Shown one piece after another: positions 11,588-25,238 of a stretch of DNA of 64,000 nt; the first letter of the stretch is position 1; each line of letters starts with the position of its first letter. The stretch comes from a virus: positions 11,782-75,781 of the IMG/VR virus record IMGVR_UViG_3300021400_001206; one strand, 5' to 3'. The translations under genes and the position numbers were made by a program. The notes under the pieces are model-generated. The model saw only the letters and a program-made list of their open reading frames with translations. It was not told where the DNA came from and ran no database searches.

Positions 11588-12592
11588 TTAGGTTACTTTA
11601 AAGCCCCATGATTGTAATAATTTTGTTAAATTCTATAAAGCCTAATCCCGACCAGCTTGCTCTGCTTTTGTAGCAGCTTGTTTATTATTTTTAATAAAAA
11701 TATTATTAATAGCTTCTTTAAAAGATTGATCTAACTTAGAATTTTCTGTCATTTTTAAAATACTACTAATTTCTTTTAAAGATGTTCTAATTAAATTAGT
11801 AGTGGCAAGAGAAGGCGCTGCAGAATAAAATTTAATTTGGCTTAAAAGATAATCTCCTCCTTTTAATGAACTTGCTGTATTACTTCTAACTTCTGTTAAA
11901 GTTTGCTCTATTAGATCAGTAGAAACTTTTGGGGGAATTTGATTTCCTCGCTCAGCAACAATCTTTTTGTAAGCTTCATAAGCATTACCTTTATTAATCT
12001 TATGCCCATGTGAATGCTAAACTTTAACATAATCATAAACAGCAGAAAAGACTGTACTAGCATCGTTTACATCTGAACCAACAATATTTTTAGCTTCTTG
12101 ATATGTGTTTAATAAAGAAGTTTTGCCTCCAAACATTCTTAGCTTAAAAATATTATCTATTGTTGAACGAGTATTAAAAGAAGCTTTTGTATTTTTTAAT
12201 AACTACTCTAAAGTCAGTTGAAACTCAAATAATTGTCCACCTTTAATCAATCCTATTTCATATACTATTTTTTCATTTGTAAAAAATTCTCTAATTTTAT
12301 CCAATATAATATAACCTTGTTTTAATAATGAATCAATTTCAGATTCATTATAACTTAATTTTTTAAAAACTGCATATTTTATAGTTATCTCATTAGCTCC
12401 TATATCTTGATATTGGTTTTCAATGGGAGATATTTGACTTCCTAAAGTATTATAAAAATTTTCTAACTATAATAAATAATTATCTATATTCTGTCCAAGT
12501 AATAATAAATTACTACGAATAAAATCAGGAGACTTTGATGATAGAATTTCTTTTAAATTAGATTCTATAATTTCTACATTATTTATTGCCAT
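11588..12592 (-). CDS. hypothetical late protein (~334 aa, ~5 TAGs)
   Basis: Reconstructed by reading through TAG. RBS AATAGGAGATAAAGT. Confidence 0.4.
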
Positions 12593-12599
12593 ACTTTAT

Positions 12600-12665
12600 C
12601 TCCTATTTAACAAAAAACAGGGAGAGTAAAATTATACTCTCCCTATAAAATTTTTAATGTTTCAA
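12600..12665. terminator. strong hairpin terminator (AGGGAGAGTAtaatttTACTCTCCCT) flanked by A/T runs
   Basis: Perfect 10-bp stem directly downstream of the 12674-13683 gene. Confidence 0.6.
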
Positions 12666-12673
12666 AGTTAGCC

Positions 12674-13683
12674 TTACGGCGCATCTCCTTCTACACCATC
12701 TTCATTGTCTGGACCGTCAACAGAATCACCATATCTAGTAACTTGTCCATCAGCTTCAGTTCTAGGAATAGATTCTTCAATATTAAATCCTGTTGGATGT
12801 GGGAATAATGGTTTAGCTTCATATTTAGCTTCAGTAGCGTCATCAACAACCTGAATAGCACATAAAACTTTATTTGTTTTATTAAAATATGTATATCCAG
12901 GGAACGCGTCCATGGTAAAAGTAAACGTACTTGGATCACCAGTTGAAGCCATAGAGAATGTAAAGTTAGACTGAATCTTAACATTAGGGAATGTAAGATT
13001 TGCAGGTAAGTCTTTACCATCTGACTGACGTCTAAATAATGTATCAGCTTCTACATAATAGTATCCACCAAAGTGTTCTGCATCGATTTGAAGTTCGGAA
13101 ACAGTTCCTTCTTTCTTTAATACATAATAGTCAACCATAATAGCGCCTTCTAATCCACTAACTTTACTATGAGTTAATTTCTTACCAGCACTATCAACAG
13201 TCCATCCTGTAAGAACTTCTCCAGTTAAATCTCCATAAGCATCAAGTTTCATAATATAAATAGGAGCAGTCGGACAAATTTTTTCTGTAGATTCTAAAGC
13301 TTCTGTTAAATCAATTTCAAGTCCTCCACCCTGAGCCGTTTCAATTACTGCATTAGTAGTTTGATGGAAATGAATTGTTTTTTCAGAATCTGCCGCACCT
13401 TTTATAATACCAGCACCAGAAAGCATAGCAAAACTTACTGGTGAAAGAAGAGCATCTTCAACAGTAAATGTTAAAGTTTTTTCACCTTCCCAAGCGATTA
13501 AACGAGTATTACCACGACCACCTGTTGCATATACTGTAGTAGCCGCTCCTTCCATAGAAGAAGTTTTTGCAGAATCAAGATAAAAAACTGGTTGTCCTTT
13601 TGCGAAAATTTGGCTACCAATTCTTTGTTGATTCTTAGCCTTAAATACTACGTTAGCAATTTCACGTACACCAAATTTCATTT
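12674..13683 (-). CDS. abundant structural protein (336 aa, no TAG) with dedicated terminator
   Basis: Strong RBS TAAGGAGGAAATCC. The only large late ORF without TAGs and it has its own terminator, suggesting high expression. Identity (tube-like or other major structural protein) not resolved. Confidence 0.45.
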
Positions 13684-13694
13684 GGATTTCCTCC

Positions 13695-15075
13695 TTATAT
13701 TTTGTACAAAATATCATTATCCTAATCGTTAGACTAATTGTTATTATGAATATCTTTTAACCAATCTTCAGGGTCATCCATACCGGTACATCCGCCTGCC
13801 TTAAATCTCTACCAAGAGTCATAACGCATTTTTAATTCAAATCGGTTAAATTCATCCATTAATTGATAAATAGTATAATTCATTAAATCATTCATATCTT
13901 TTCTTTCGCCAACAGCAAGAATAGAGATATAACGACTTAATACTGACATCTTAGAATCTGGCGCCAGCTCCGCCTTTTTCTGTCTGCCTTTTTTTATTTT
14001 ATCAGCAATTTTTTTTGCTAACTATCCACTTGGATTATACTATTTATTTTCTTTATTTGTTAGGCAAAATATATTAGTGATAATTCCTTTAAAAATTTCA
14101 AAATTATTTTCATTAATTTCATTAACTTCGCCAGTCTAATTATCACGTAATTGTATTGCCTTTTTTCCCAACAAAATTTCTTTTGTTGGGAATAATAATG
14201 CAAGAATAGATAAAACATTTAATCTAGCCTAATGAGCCTATAAATTTTTTTCTTGTATTATCATCATTATTATATTAAAATTTGACATATTTGATAAATC
14301 AACTTTGTCCTAAGTTGCTAAATTTTCTTTATTAAATTTTAATATTTCGCATCCAAACCAAAAACGCTATTCAGTAATATAAGCTATTTCTTTCAGTCGC
14401 GGCTGATGAATTATTAACTGAGCCTATGGAAAAGGAATATCATTACCAGATAATAATAATAATTCATCAATCATTCTTTGAAATCCACCCATGCGCGCTT
14501 GGTAGAACGTCATCTGTTCCATGAATCGCTGAATATGTTAAAGTGTAACCAGATAAAGTCTCATCTAAAACTAATTCATTACAACCCGCAAACTGAAAGG
14601 TGCCTATTCCAGATAAACGTGCTTTGTTAAGAATTCCATCAATATAACCCGCAATTTTTAAAGGTCTAATTCTAAAATTTCCTAAATCCCAATAGTCAGT
14701 ATGACAAAGAATATCAATATGAACACTACAATCTCTAAACTCAGGATTTGTAATATTTGGTCTAAAATTATCAAAACTAATTAATAAATAACTTTTAACC
14801 TATTCATGTTCAGGCATTTTTATCTTAGGCTCAAATTTTATATAACCTTGCTATCTTAATTTAGCTAAACTCATATCTTTAATAGCATTTTGATAAACTG
14901 TGCTTGTTTTATTATCTAAACAATCTTTTGTATTTATTACTAACAATCTTTTTAATTCATCACTATAAGGCTGACTAGTAACAAAAAGTCTTTTTAAAAT
15001 TTCTTCTAAATCTTTCTAGCATGATAAAAAAGATGAAGTAAAATCAACAGGTCTTAAAGCTAAATCTCTCTTCAT
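13695..15075 (-). CDS. structural (baseplate/tail-like) protein, ~460 aa with ~13-14 in-frame TAGs
   Basis: Continuous frame only if TAG is sense. RBS AAAAGGAGTAGATAAAAT. Stop overlaps the RBS of the next gene. Confidence 0.4.
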
Positions 15076-15101
15076 ATATTTTATCTACTCCTTTTATCTC
15101 T

Positions 15102-16393
15102 TTATAAAGATACTATCTTTACATTTAATTTAATATCTTCTTGTCCTTCTACTCTATATATTAAAGTAAAAGATTTTAATTTTCCTACTATTTCTAATGG
15201 GAGAATTTTTAAAGAACTATTTAAATCTTTTTCTTCATCTCCCCATAATATATACCAATGTCCATTTTCAGCATTACATATTTCATAATATGCTTTACTA
15301 TATTGCTGTACTTGAGTTGGACCATTAATATATGCGGCAGTCTCATCTATAGATTCTTGTTGTCCAGTTTCTTGGTTTTCTTCAGCAGCTGCTTCCGCAA
15401 TAGTATTTTCAAAGAATTCATCTAAAAATACTTGAATTATACCGTCACCATAATAAGGATCAACTCCTACGACCTGCCAAGTTTTTTCAATATTCTTTCT
15501 TGGGTCTAAAATTTTAATAGTTTTAAATCTTTCGAAATAATTATTTGTATCTTCATCAGCCGTAATATACATAACCAATGAATAATTCATAGTATTCCAT
15601 TCAATTCCAGATTTTTGTGACCATTCAATGGAAGTTTCAACTGGGCCTCTAATATAAACCCAATAGTTCTTCTATCCTATTTTTACCTATTGATCACATC
15701 TACGAATTTCTGACCTAAAATACGCATCTTCTTCAAGAAACTATAAATAAACTAGCCAATGTGTATTAGTCTATTTCCAAGTAAAAGTATTTCCAGGTTT
15801 CATATTAATATCAACTTCACCTTCAGAAGTTTTACCAATTCTAGGTTCATTTAAACAAATATCTTTATATGGAATCGAAATAATTTTATTATCATAGGCG
15901 GGTTTATTCTTATCAGGGTTAATTAAACATCTAAACTATTTTCCATCTTCTAGAATAGCTGTTGCCGCCTGATAAGAATATAACAAAGCTTTCTTTAAAC
16001 TTCTTAATTTGTCATTAATAAATCTTTGCTATTGATTCCCGCCTTGATATTGCAATCTTTTATTTAATAATTCTAATGACATATCTTCTCTTTCAATTCA
16101 TTCATTAACCCTAAACATTCAAAAATAGTTCTACGATAACATAGAAAATCTTCTTCCTTAGTTAATGAATAAAGCCCTTCTAATTTATTTAACAGTGGGA
16201 AGAAGATTTCTGAATATTCATTATTCATCAATCTATACATTCCCACTAACTATTCTAAAATTGTTTCTAATGGTTTTTCCCAATCAATTCCCTATTCACG
16301 GTTTGGTAAAAGTTTATAAGTTTGATTTATTAAACTCTGAATTCTATTAACAATAATTTTATTTTCTATTTCAATACTATATTTTAAAATCAT
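15102..16393 (-). CDS. structural protein (~430 aa, 3 TAGs)
   Basis: Track ORF 15102-15590 is the C-terminal fragment. Extended upstream through TAGs to ATG at 16393. Confidence 0.4.
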
Positions 16394-16425
16394 TTAATAA
16401 ACTCCCTTTTTAATTAAGGATTATT

Positions 16426-18768
16426 TTAAGTATTTGAATTAACTGTTAAATTATAAATAAATTGGATTCCAACTACTCCATTTGTAATACTAGAATCAAT
16501 CTGGGAATTTTTTACTACGGAAACATTTATCCCTAATGGAGTTCCTGTATAAGTAAAAGTATAACCTGAATCTCCCTGCGAAACACTCTCTACTAAATAT
16601 CCATTAGATTTTCTAACTTTTAATTCAGTGCAAGTAACACTAATATCACTCTATCTATTGCTAGCTCCAATAAAAGGAATTGTAAAGAAAACACCTTTTC
16701 CATCACGAGTTACGATACCGCCCCCAAACCATGTTTGATTATTATAGATACCTGCATGAGGATATAAAAAATTAGACTGGGTTTGAGTAATAGCATCAAT
16801 TTTTATTTTATCACTACTAGACAATAGTCCATCTGCTGAATGAGTCGCTAATCCAATATTTTCAGGACCAGATCTATTAGAATTTGAAAAAGTAATTGAA
16901 AAAGTAGTATTAGAATTATTTCTTCCAACAATTATTTTATTATTATAAATTGCTAAACACTAAACAACCCAATTTTTATATGCCCCTTTACTTAAATCTA
17001 TTTCTGCAATTTTTTCTTTTGAAACTAAAGATTGCACCATAAGATAATTTGGAGATGTCGCTCCACCATGACCAAATATCATATAAATTTTTCCATCTTT
17101 AAAACGACATCCTTGTTGATAATTCTAATCATACTTAGTCTTCCATTGATTGTCAACATCTTCCCAACCTAAAGTTACTGAAGAATTTGATAAACTAGGT
17201 CGATAAAATTTTGTTATTATGTGCTCATTATTAAACTTTGCAGCTCCATCAGGATAAGGAACTGCGCGTGAAACATGCCCGATAGTATACAAATATCCAT
17301 TGTAGCTATGAAATTGGACCCAAGGAAAACCCCAATGTATCCCACTAGTAGTAAGACTATTAGCATCAATATTAATAGTTTGAACTAATGTTGATGAAAA
17401 AGTATTACCAGATCTTTGAATTCGTTCGACAAAGCACTATCCATGATTCGCATCTCCCGCTGTTACATATAATAAAGGAAAAGGATCATTTGCATCATAA
17501 AATTCATCTGAAAAACACAAACAATCAGCATGGTTTGTTGTGCTATCGCCTGTATAGCTTCCTAAATTGAAATAACTAATAGCATTTAAAGAAGTCGCAC
17601 TTGTATTTAGGTCATAAACTGCACATTGTCCACCGACTACCGTTCTAAACATTAAATTACCATATATTTCCATTCCTTGCCAGCCATGAGTTCCAAAAGC
17701 TGAAGGTTTTACCGTAGTTTTATAATCTTCTATATAACAAATTGGCTACTATAAAGAATTTAAAGTAATATGTTCTCCTGCATATTGGTATTTTGTCCCA
17801 CTATACTCAAGAGGCTCTTTGTAGCCAAGTTCTTCTGGTGATAAAGTCCAATCTGTTGCGATAGTACCATATTCAAGTTTAAAATTTTTAATCTTAAAAA
17901 TAGCACCAGATGTAGCTGATTTTAAAACTATTCTAATAGAACTATCCTAAACATAAGCAGCTTGTTCAGCAGTTACTTTAATAGTTTCTTTATATTTTCC
18001 CTAAGTAGTATTTCCAATAACTTTTTGAATACTCTAAGATGTATTATATCTATTTCCAACAGTAAGTAAAGAACCTTGACTTCCATTTATCTAAGGATAA
18101 ATATAAGCATCAACATTAGAATTTCCTGTTAAAGTATAATTAAAAGAAATTGTAAAAATTTCATCAGTAATATGAAAAACTCTTTTATCAATAGCATAAG
18201 CAGTTAAATTTAAATAAGGAGAATATTCTGTACTTGACGCTACTAAACAAGTAAAAGGTGCTGCAGTATCATCAATTAAATTACGTCCCCCTACATCTAA
18301 AGTATCAGATAATTGTTTATCTCTTTGTGACATTAAACCATCTGAACTTTGAGTTGCTAATCCAGTGTCTAAATAATTTCCAATTAATTGCCAGTATGAT
18401 CCATCATAAACAAAATCTAAAGTACCATATAATAAGTTTTTATTTGAAGCTGAAGCTATTAACGCTCCATTATGTTGTATTCTTTTTGCTCCTGTTGAAT
18501 TTACATTTAAAGTTGGCGAATTTGCAGTATTTTTATTTGTAAATTTTACAGTAACTTTTGCCCCTCGATCAAGAGTAAAAGTCCCTGAATCAATACTAAC
18601 TGTTTTTGCGGCAGTACTGGCGCCAGTACTACATATTCCAAACCTAATAATAGTCGCGCCAGTAATTCCGTCTTGTTTTATTGTTTGGTGGGTTTTTAAA
18701 GCATTACTATCCTATATTTGATATATATTCCCACCATACTCTATCTTATCTATAATATGTGTTGCCAT
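16426..18768 (-). CDS. tail fiber/tailspike protein 3 (~780 aa, ~8 TAGs)
   Basis: N-terminus MATHIIDKIEYGGNIYQ resembles the shared fiber anchor. Beta-rich Ser/Thr/Gly/Asn composition. Track ORFs 17437-17673 and 18091-18333 are fragments. Confidence 0.5.
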
Positions 18769-18800
18769 ATATAATTACCCTCTTTTATTTTATTTTAAAA

Positions 18801-20684
18801 TTAATCTGAACTTCCAGTAAAAGTCTGTGCCGCCGCAGTTGCTTCTGTATACCCAGTCCAAGCTTTAATTGCAGAAGCGCTTCTACTTGGTAATGTTCCT
18901 TGATTAAAAGTAATTTTTAATTTTTTAGTATCAGTAGTATCCATTTCAAAAGTAAGAGTGGGTAAAGTTCCTACATTTGTTATGGAATATATATCTGTTG
19001 TACTAGGAGTAATACTAACAGATGACTCTGAATTAGAGCCACCTGTTAATACAATTTTATCATTAGAATAAAGCGCTGGGGCGCGCACTTCTGCAGGAAA
19101 AGTTGCATTCTGAAGGCTATCATAACTATATAAATGACCTGTTTTTGCCATTGTGGATGGACAAGCCCATCCCATGCCACCATAACCTTGAATTAAAATA
19201 ATTGCGGCGGCGGAATTTGTTGCGGATATTTTAGAGTGTCTAAAAGTAAGTCTAACTCGTCCATACTGTGTGCTAGCGCTGTTTCTATAAGTTTTTAAAA
19301 TAGGAATATTTAAAATATTCCAACCTGAGTAACCTGCAATTCCAGTCCAATCTAAATGAACATCATAATCATTAGGAGCACTTTGCAATGCCTTTTCTAT
19401 TTTTACTTGCGTAGTATTGCCTTTTGTTGTCATATAGATGGCAATTTTATTTAATTCAGTATAAACTTGTGCCTAATAAGTTGATATAGTTATTCGTAAC
19501 ATATCTCCTATTGTACTTGAACCTTTTGCACTATGTTTACCTAAATAATGATTCCATCCGTCTCCAAATAAACCTAATTTAGCATTATCGGAACTTTCAT
19601 AATCATACCAAGTTTCTCCAGAGTCAGTAGAATATTCAATAGTTACTCCTTCGGGTCTTAAAAAAGCAAATCTATTAGCCCCTAAATCACTTATCATGGC
19701 GGCATCAAGGGGTCCATAGTCACCGCTAAAATTTTTTCCACCCCAAGTTAAATAAGCTTCAGGGAAAGAATGATCTTCTCCAGAAAAAATTCGAACACTT
19801 CCATCTTTATATCTATATACGGGATGAGATAACATTAGCTATAAATTAGTTGCAGAAGAAGCTATCCCTAAAAAAATATATATATTATTATCTTCTATTT
19901 CAGGAATTGTTTGAACAATAGGCTCATCAGCATCCATGATACCTGATCCATCTTCTTGCAGTGCACATCTTAAATATATAGGCAAAAAAGGAGTTAATGT
20001 CAATGCAGCTCCTGTGGTATTAAAAGAATATCCAAGCGCAAAGCCATTATATTGTTGAAATAATGTAGATGTTCCAGGACGACTTTCTGCAGCCACACTA
20101 CCAGTTGAATAAAAAATTCTAATATCTCCAAAAGGATCTATTTTTTCTTGGTTAACTGCTCTTTTTGATGTTGCATTAGTTGATGTTGATACATTAGCGG
20201 GTACATAATGAGTCCCATCTGCAGATGTAAATAATAATCTATATCTGTAAGTAAGTTGACTGACAGGCAAAGAAGTTGCATGCGTTCTTATTTGATAACC
20301 TAGTATATCAGTATTTGAATTGTACCCCCTATAACAAATCCACGCGCCATCTTGTCCTCTTGTACTGTCATAAACAAATAACATGGTATATTTTTCATTA
20401 AATATTGTGGTATCCGCAGTATTAAGTTCCATGTTATTATAAACAGGTTTTGCTCCTAAATTATTTATATTTATAGTAAAACCTGCCGCACTCGTTACAA
20501 CACCATTTTTTAATAAAACACAAGTTCCATCTCTTAATTCTGTAATTCCCTCAACAGTCGCAGTAAAAACTTTTGATGTAGAAGTGTCATCTACAACTCC
20601 AAAAGGAATTCCATTTCTTGCATATTTATCTTTTAAATTATAATAATTGCCATCGGGCAGGGTAATTTTGGAAATATCCGCCAT
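18801..20684 (-). CDS. tail fiber protein 1 (~627 aa, 2 TAGs)
   Basis: N-terminal MADISKITLPDGNYYNLKDKYARNG. Track ORFs 19839-20684, 19473-19835 and 18801-19433 are co-frame fragments separated only by TAG. Confidence 0.6.
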
Positions 20685-20699
20685 AAGATTACCCCCTTA

Positions 20700-22304
20700 T
20701 TAACTAACTGTAACAGTTTTTGATGTACCCGTGAATGTAGGTTGAGATACAGAACCTTTTGCAGTTGTTGTACCAGAAATTTGAGTTTTTGTTCCTGTAA
20801 ATGTAGGCTGAGATACAGAACCATTTGGAGTTCCAGAAACTGAAATATCACTTTCTGTTCCAGTCCAAGTTGCAGTATAAGCGCTAGGTACAGGAATATT
20901 TCCAGTTACAAGTCTAACTCCAGTACCAGTAAAAGTTGGCTGTGACACATTTCCAGTTGCAGTTCCACTTACTGTAATATTTCCTTCTGTACCAGTAAAA
21001 GTAGCACTAGTTGGAACAGAAATATTATCAGTAATCAATCTAACTCCCGTTCCAGAGAAGGTAGGTTTAGATACTGTTCCTGATGGAGTTCCTGAAACGC
21101 TAATATCCTATTCAGTTCCCGTAAAAGTAGCACTACTAGGAACAGAAATATCACCAGTTACCAATCTAACTCCCGTTCCAGAGAAAGTAGGCTTTGAAGA
21201 CTAATAAACGGCATCTCCATCTTTTACTGTCACATTGGTTGTTGTAATAGAAGCTCCGGTTGTATATCCCAATTGATATAAACTTAAATTCTAATCAGTA
21301 ACATCATAATATGTTATTGCATTACTTGGTGCTGAAGCCCCAGGAGCCGCCGCGACCACAGTTTTTGCAACCGTTACGCTAGTAGGATTTTTGATTGTTG
21401 TTGTTGAACCTGCGGTTTTCACTGAAATAGTAGGAGTTCCAACACTTCCTGCAGGAGTGTATGTTGCTGTTCCTGACGCGGCGGCACTGACTGTAGTAGT
21501 TTGATTTGAATTACTTAAACTAATACTTCCATGTGGTGTAAAAGTGCCTTCTGAAGTTAAACTATTTCCAGTAAAAGTAGGTTGTGTAACAGTTCCCCCT
21601 GGTGTATAAGTAGCTGTACCTGTTGTTGTTTTTACAGCAACAGTTGTATTTGAATTACTTAATCCAATGCTTCCTGAAGGAGTAAAAACTCCAGTAGAAT
21701 CAAAAGCAGTTCCAGTAAAAGTTGGTTGAGAAATAGATCCATCTGGAGTATATGTTGTAGTCCCTGATGAAGCTGGTGAAACTGTCGCAGTTTTATTTGA
21801 AGTCGATTTTGTAGTTACAGATACTGAACCTGCAGGTGTAAAAGTACCAGTAAAAGTAGAATTAGAACCAGTAAAAGTAGGTTTACTTACTGTACCTTTT
21901 GGTTGATAATTCCCGCTTGTGTTATCTGTTGCAGTAATTGTTACTGAAGAACTTTCTCCAGTAAAAGTTGGTTGACTTACAGTACCTTCAGGTTTATAAG
22001 TTCCACTCGCACTATCTTTATATGCAAGATCTCCTAAAGCACTTAAATCACCAAATTCCTGCCAAGCTGTACCATTAAAAATAAATTCTTTACTATTATA
22101 ATTAACGATATTACCTTTCTTGGCAGTAACATCCTATGTATTTATTTTAATCGGATTTGTAGTTGATCCGTCTGAAATTTCGGTAGTAGTGACTCCTAAG
22201 TAGTCAGTATAGCTTTGTAATTCTTCAATCAAAGCTCTTGCAGTAGCGTCTTTTATGTCATAGGTAGTCCCACTGGGCAAGGTAATCTTCGAAATATCAG
22301 CCAT
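20700..22304 (-). CDS. tail fiber protein 2 (~534 aa) with PTFTGT pseudo-repeats
   Basis: N-terminus MADISKITLPSGTTYDIKDATARAL, paralogous to fiber 1. Repeated GSVSQPTFTGT units in 20700-21038. RBS TAAGGAGGGGC. Confidence 0.55.
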
Positions 22305-22317
22305 TTTTTGCCCCTCC

Positions 22318-22719
22318 TTAATATCTATTTAAAACCAGAGTCTATGACTCTGGAGACAATGATAAATTTAATTTGTTATTCCAAAATTCTCTATCCTAAA
22401 GACTAACATGAATAACTTTATTATTAATATGATCTAAAATTGCATCATCTATCGCGCCGCTATTTAAAAAAGGCAAATCAATTAAATAAGTTTTTCCATC
22501 TCCCCATTTTAATCCAGGCAAATAAACTTCATCACCTTTTTCATTCTTTGTTTTTTTATAATCAGAATATATATATAAAACATCTTTTGAAGATAGCAAA
22601 TCTCTATTCTCATTCCATTCTTCAACGGTGCCAGTTTGATAAGTAAGAATATCAAAATTATATTTTTTAATTTTACTCCATAAATAAGCAACCCCTTGTG
22701 AATTAAGATATTGTTTCAT
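22318..22719 (-). CDS. hypothetical virion protein (~133 aa, 2 TAGs)
   Basis: RBS AAAGGGGGGGTTGTTTT-ATG. Extends past the track ORF through TAG. Confidence 0.4.
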
Positions 22720-22733
22720 AAAACAACCCCCCC

Positions 22734-23451
22734 TTTAATCGTCTGTCAAAATTTCATCTAGTTCTTCAAGGCTAATGTTCTATAAACCAAGTTCTTCAAA
22801 AGTCTTATCTCCAACTAAAGTACGTGATTCAATTTTAGGTTTATTAATTAATTCATTATAGTCAATAATATTTCTAGCTCTATATGAAGTTTCTTCTAAT
22901 TTTCCAGATGAATAATTGACAGGCTCCATAATTCTCCCAAAAGTAGAACGCATGACACCTCTAGAATCTGGAATTCTTCTTTTATATAATCTTTGAAGAT
23001 GAAAGCCTTCTCTTTCATAATCTTTTTTTAATTGAAGAAGTTTTTGCATATGGTTAGCTTGTGATGTGAACTTAAAATCTGTTCCACTATATTTCATTCT
23101 AGTATTTTCTACACTCGCAAGCTGTTGACTTAACCATTCTACAATCATATATACAGCTAAAATATTTATTTCTTCGTGTGTTAATTTTATATTAAACTAA
23201 CCGCCGCCATATATGATTGCAACAGCGTCTTGATGATTACTTTCCGCACCATTATAAATTCTTTCATCATTTATTTCAAATAATGAGTAATCCCACAAAT
23301 TAACTCTAGGAAACTAAAATTTTTCAATAGCAGAAAGTAACAACTACTATAACATTCTAAATGTATCAATTTCTGTCAACTATAAAAACATGTCATCTGT
23401 AATTTTTGAAAAAAAGGAGTCATATACAAGTGAAAAAGAAGTAGTATTCAT
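22734..23451 (-). CDS. putative head-tail adaptor/connector-region protein (~238 aa, ~6 TAGs)
   Basis: Positioned between capsid and fibers. RBS TAGGGGGTAT. Functional assignment is positional only. Confidence 0.3.
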
Positions 23452-23474
23452 TTATATACCCCCTATATAAAAAA

Positions 23475-24062
23475 TTATTCTTTGTTTGGTTGGTATCTTC
23501 TTCCTGTTGGTGCGGCGGCAGTTGCATGACTTTTAATTGGAGCAGCCCTTCTAGTAGTTTTTAAATTAGATGAAGCAAGGCTGGAATCATCTTCACTTTC
23601 ACCATCATATTTAGTATTCTTAATTTCAATAGCTCTTGTTACGTCTAAGCCAAGTTTTTCTTTAATAGCTTCTCTTTTAGCCATATCATTTACAGGTAGA
23701 CTAACTGCCAAATCTTTAATTAAATCAAGAATCCCCTATGGAGCAAAATCTAAACAATCTAAAAATTGATCCAATGTACCTACTGTTAGTAATGTTTTTA
23801 CATCTTCTTCTGAATAATGATATTCTGGTTCTAATTTTGTATTAAACAACTCCATAATAGCATCTTCATCTGTAATTTCTAAATAATTTTTTAAAATAGA
23901 TTCTCCACCAGGTAAAAAAGATAACTTCTATAATTCATTAAAAGTAATATTTTTACTTTCTTTTGGATAAAAAGTTCTATTAACTCCAAGCTATGGAACT
24001 CTATATCCAACAATTCCATCATATTTATTTATAACTTTTATAGCTTTATTTCCATCAATCAT
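23475..24062 (-). CDS. hypothetical head-proximal protein (~195 aa, 4 TAGs)
   Basis: Reconstructed through TAGs. Directly downstream of the putative capsid gene. Confidence 0.35.
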
Positions 24063-24155
24063 ATAAAATCTCCTTTTATCTCTACTTACAAAAAATAGGG
24101 GAGAATTAAAACAATTCTCCCCTATGTAATTTTATTGATAATTAATCCTTACTTA

Positions 24156-25217
24156 TTATACACCATAATAAGGATTTAACGCTTCATTCTTATAGATACA
24201 AATACCTGGATGTACTAAATAAGTAGCTACACCAAATTTTTGATAAGTCTGAATTTCTGTTGACCAATCACGATTATCAAAAGATTTAACCTGTGCAGAA
24301 CCTTCAAAAGCAACTTTTACAGGTTTTTCTGAACCAGTCGGAATGATATAAGCAAGCTGAGGATTAATAACTTTATTAATTTTAGTAGCTGTCATACCTA
24401 CATTATCTTCAATAGACTGCGGAAGAATAATTACTCTATGTCCTTTATAAGTAGCAAAATATCCATTGTTCCAGATTTCTTCTTTCATTCCATCTGACCA
24501 ATTATCACTCGAAGCTGGAAGCATTTTTGAAGCAAATTCAAATGTACAATAAATTGTACTCTTTCCGCCATAGCTGTCAGCAAGTGCTAATAATGTATCC
24601 ATCTTGGCTTCGTCGAAACCAGTATTAACTACCTTTTGAAGTGCAGGAATACTATTGATTAAAGCTTCAAGAGCTTTTGCGATTTCTTTATAAACCTGTT
24701 CATCCATTCCTTCAAGAACAAGACTATAATAATCATTCATTGTCATACGTCCATCAAGAAGTTCTTCCCATTCTACACGAGAAGCTCCGCCGTATGCAGC
24801 TGTAGCAACTTCGAATGAATATCCATCAAGCTTGAAGACTTCATATCTACCTGCTAAACCGACTCTAGTCACGAACTGTTTAGCACGCTTTCTTGAAGCC
24901 TCACTAATCTTAACCTTATAAACAGGCTTTGTTCCTTGTGCAAAAGTACGAACATCAGCAAACTGTCCATAAGATTGCATAATCTTTTGCGGAAGAACTT
25001 CCGTAAGACTAACCTACATTAATGTGTAAATAAGATTTTTATTTTCTCTAAAATCTTGAGGAGTTGCCCCAAGTTCATTTAATTCCTTAATAAAAGTTTT
25101 ATTCAGAGCTTCAGCAGAAAGTTTTTCTCCACCAAAAGAAAAAGTTGAAGAAGGATTTAATGAAGCTTTCGCATTGGCTCTAGCTAATTCAATTAATTGA
25201 TCTTTTTGTAATGCCAT
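24156..25217 (-). CDS. putative major capsid protein (~353 aa, 1 TAG joining track ORFs 25014-25217 and 24156-24980)
   Basis: Size and position (after scaffold-like protein) are typical of HK97-fold capsid proteins. The two track ORFs are co-frame across a TAG. Confidence 0.45.
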
Positions 25218-25238
25218 TTTATTTCTCTCCTTCCCTTA

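Noticed and set aside
12691-13020. 109-aa minus-strand ORF nested in the 12674-13683 gene (also 20633-20851, 22440-22691)
   Set aside because: Alternative-frame ORFs inside well-supported structural genes. Low-complexity Leu/Lys-rich translations.
24156-24980. Treating track ORFs in the late region as separate short genes
   Set aside because: Adjacent fragments are co-frame and separated only by TAG codons, with no RBS before the internal ATGs. They were merged into single read-through genes instead.
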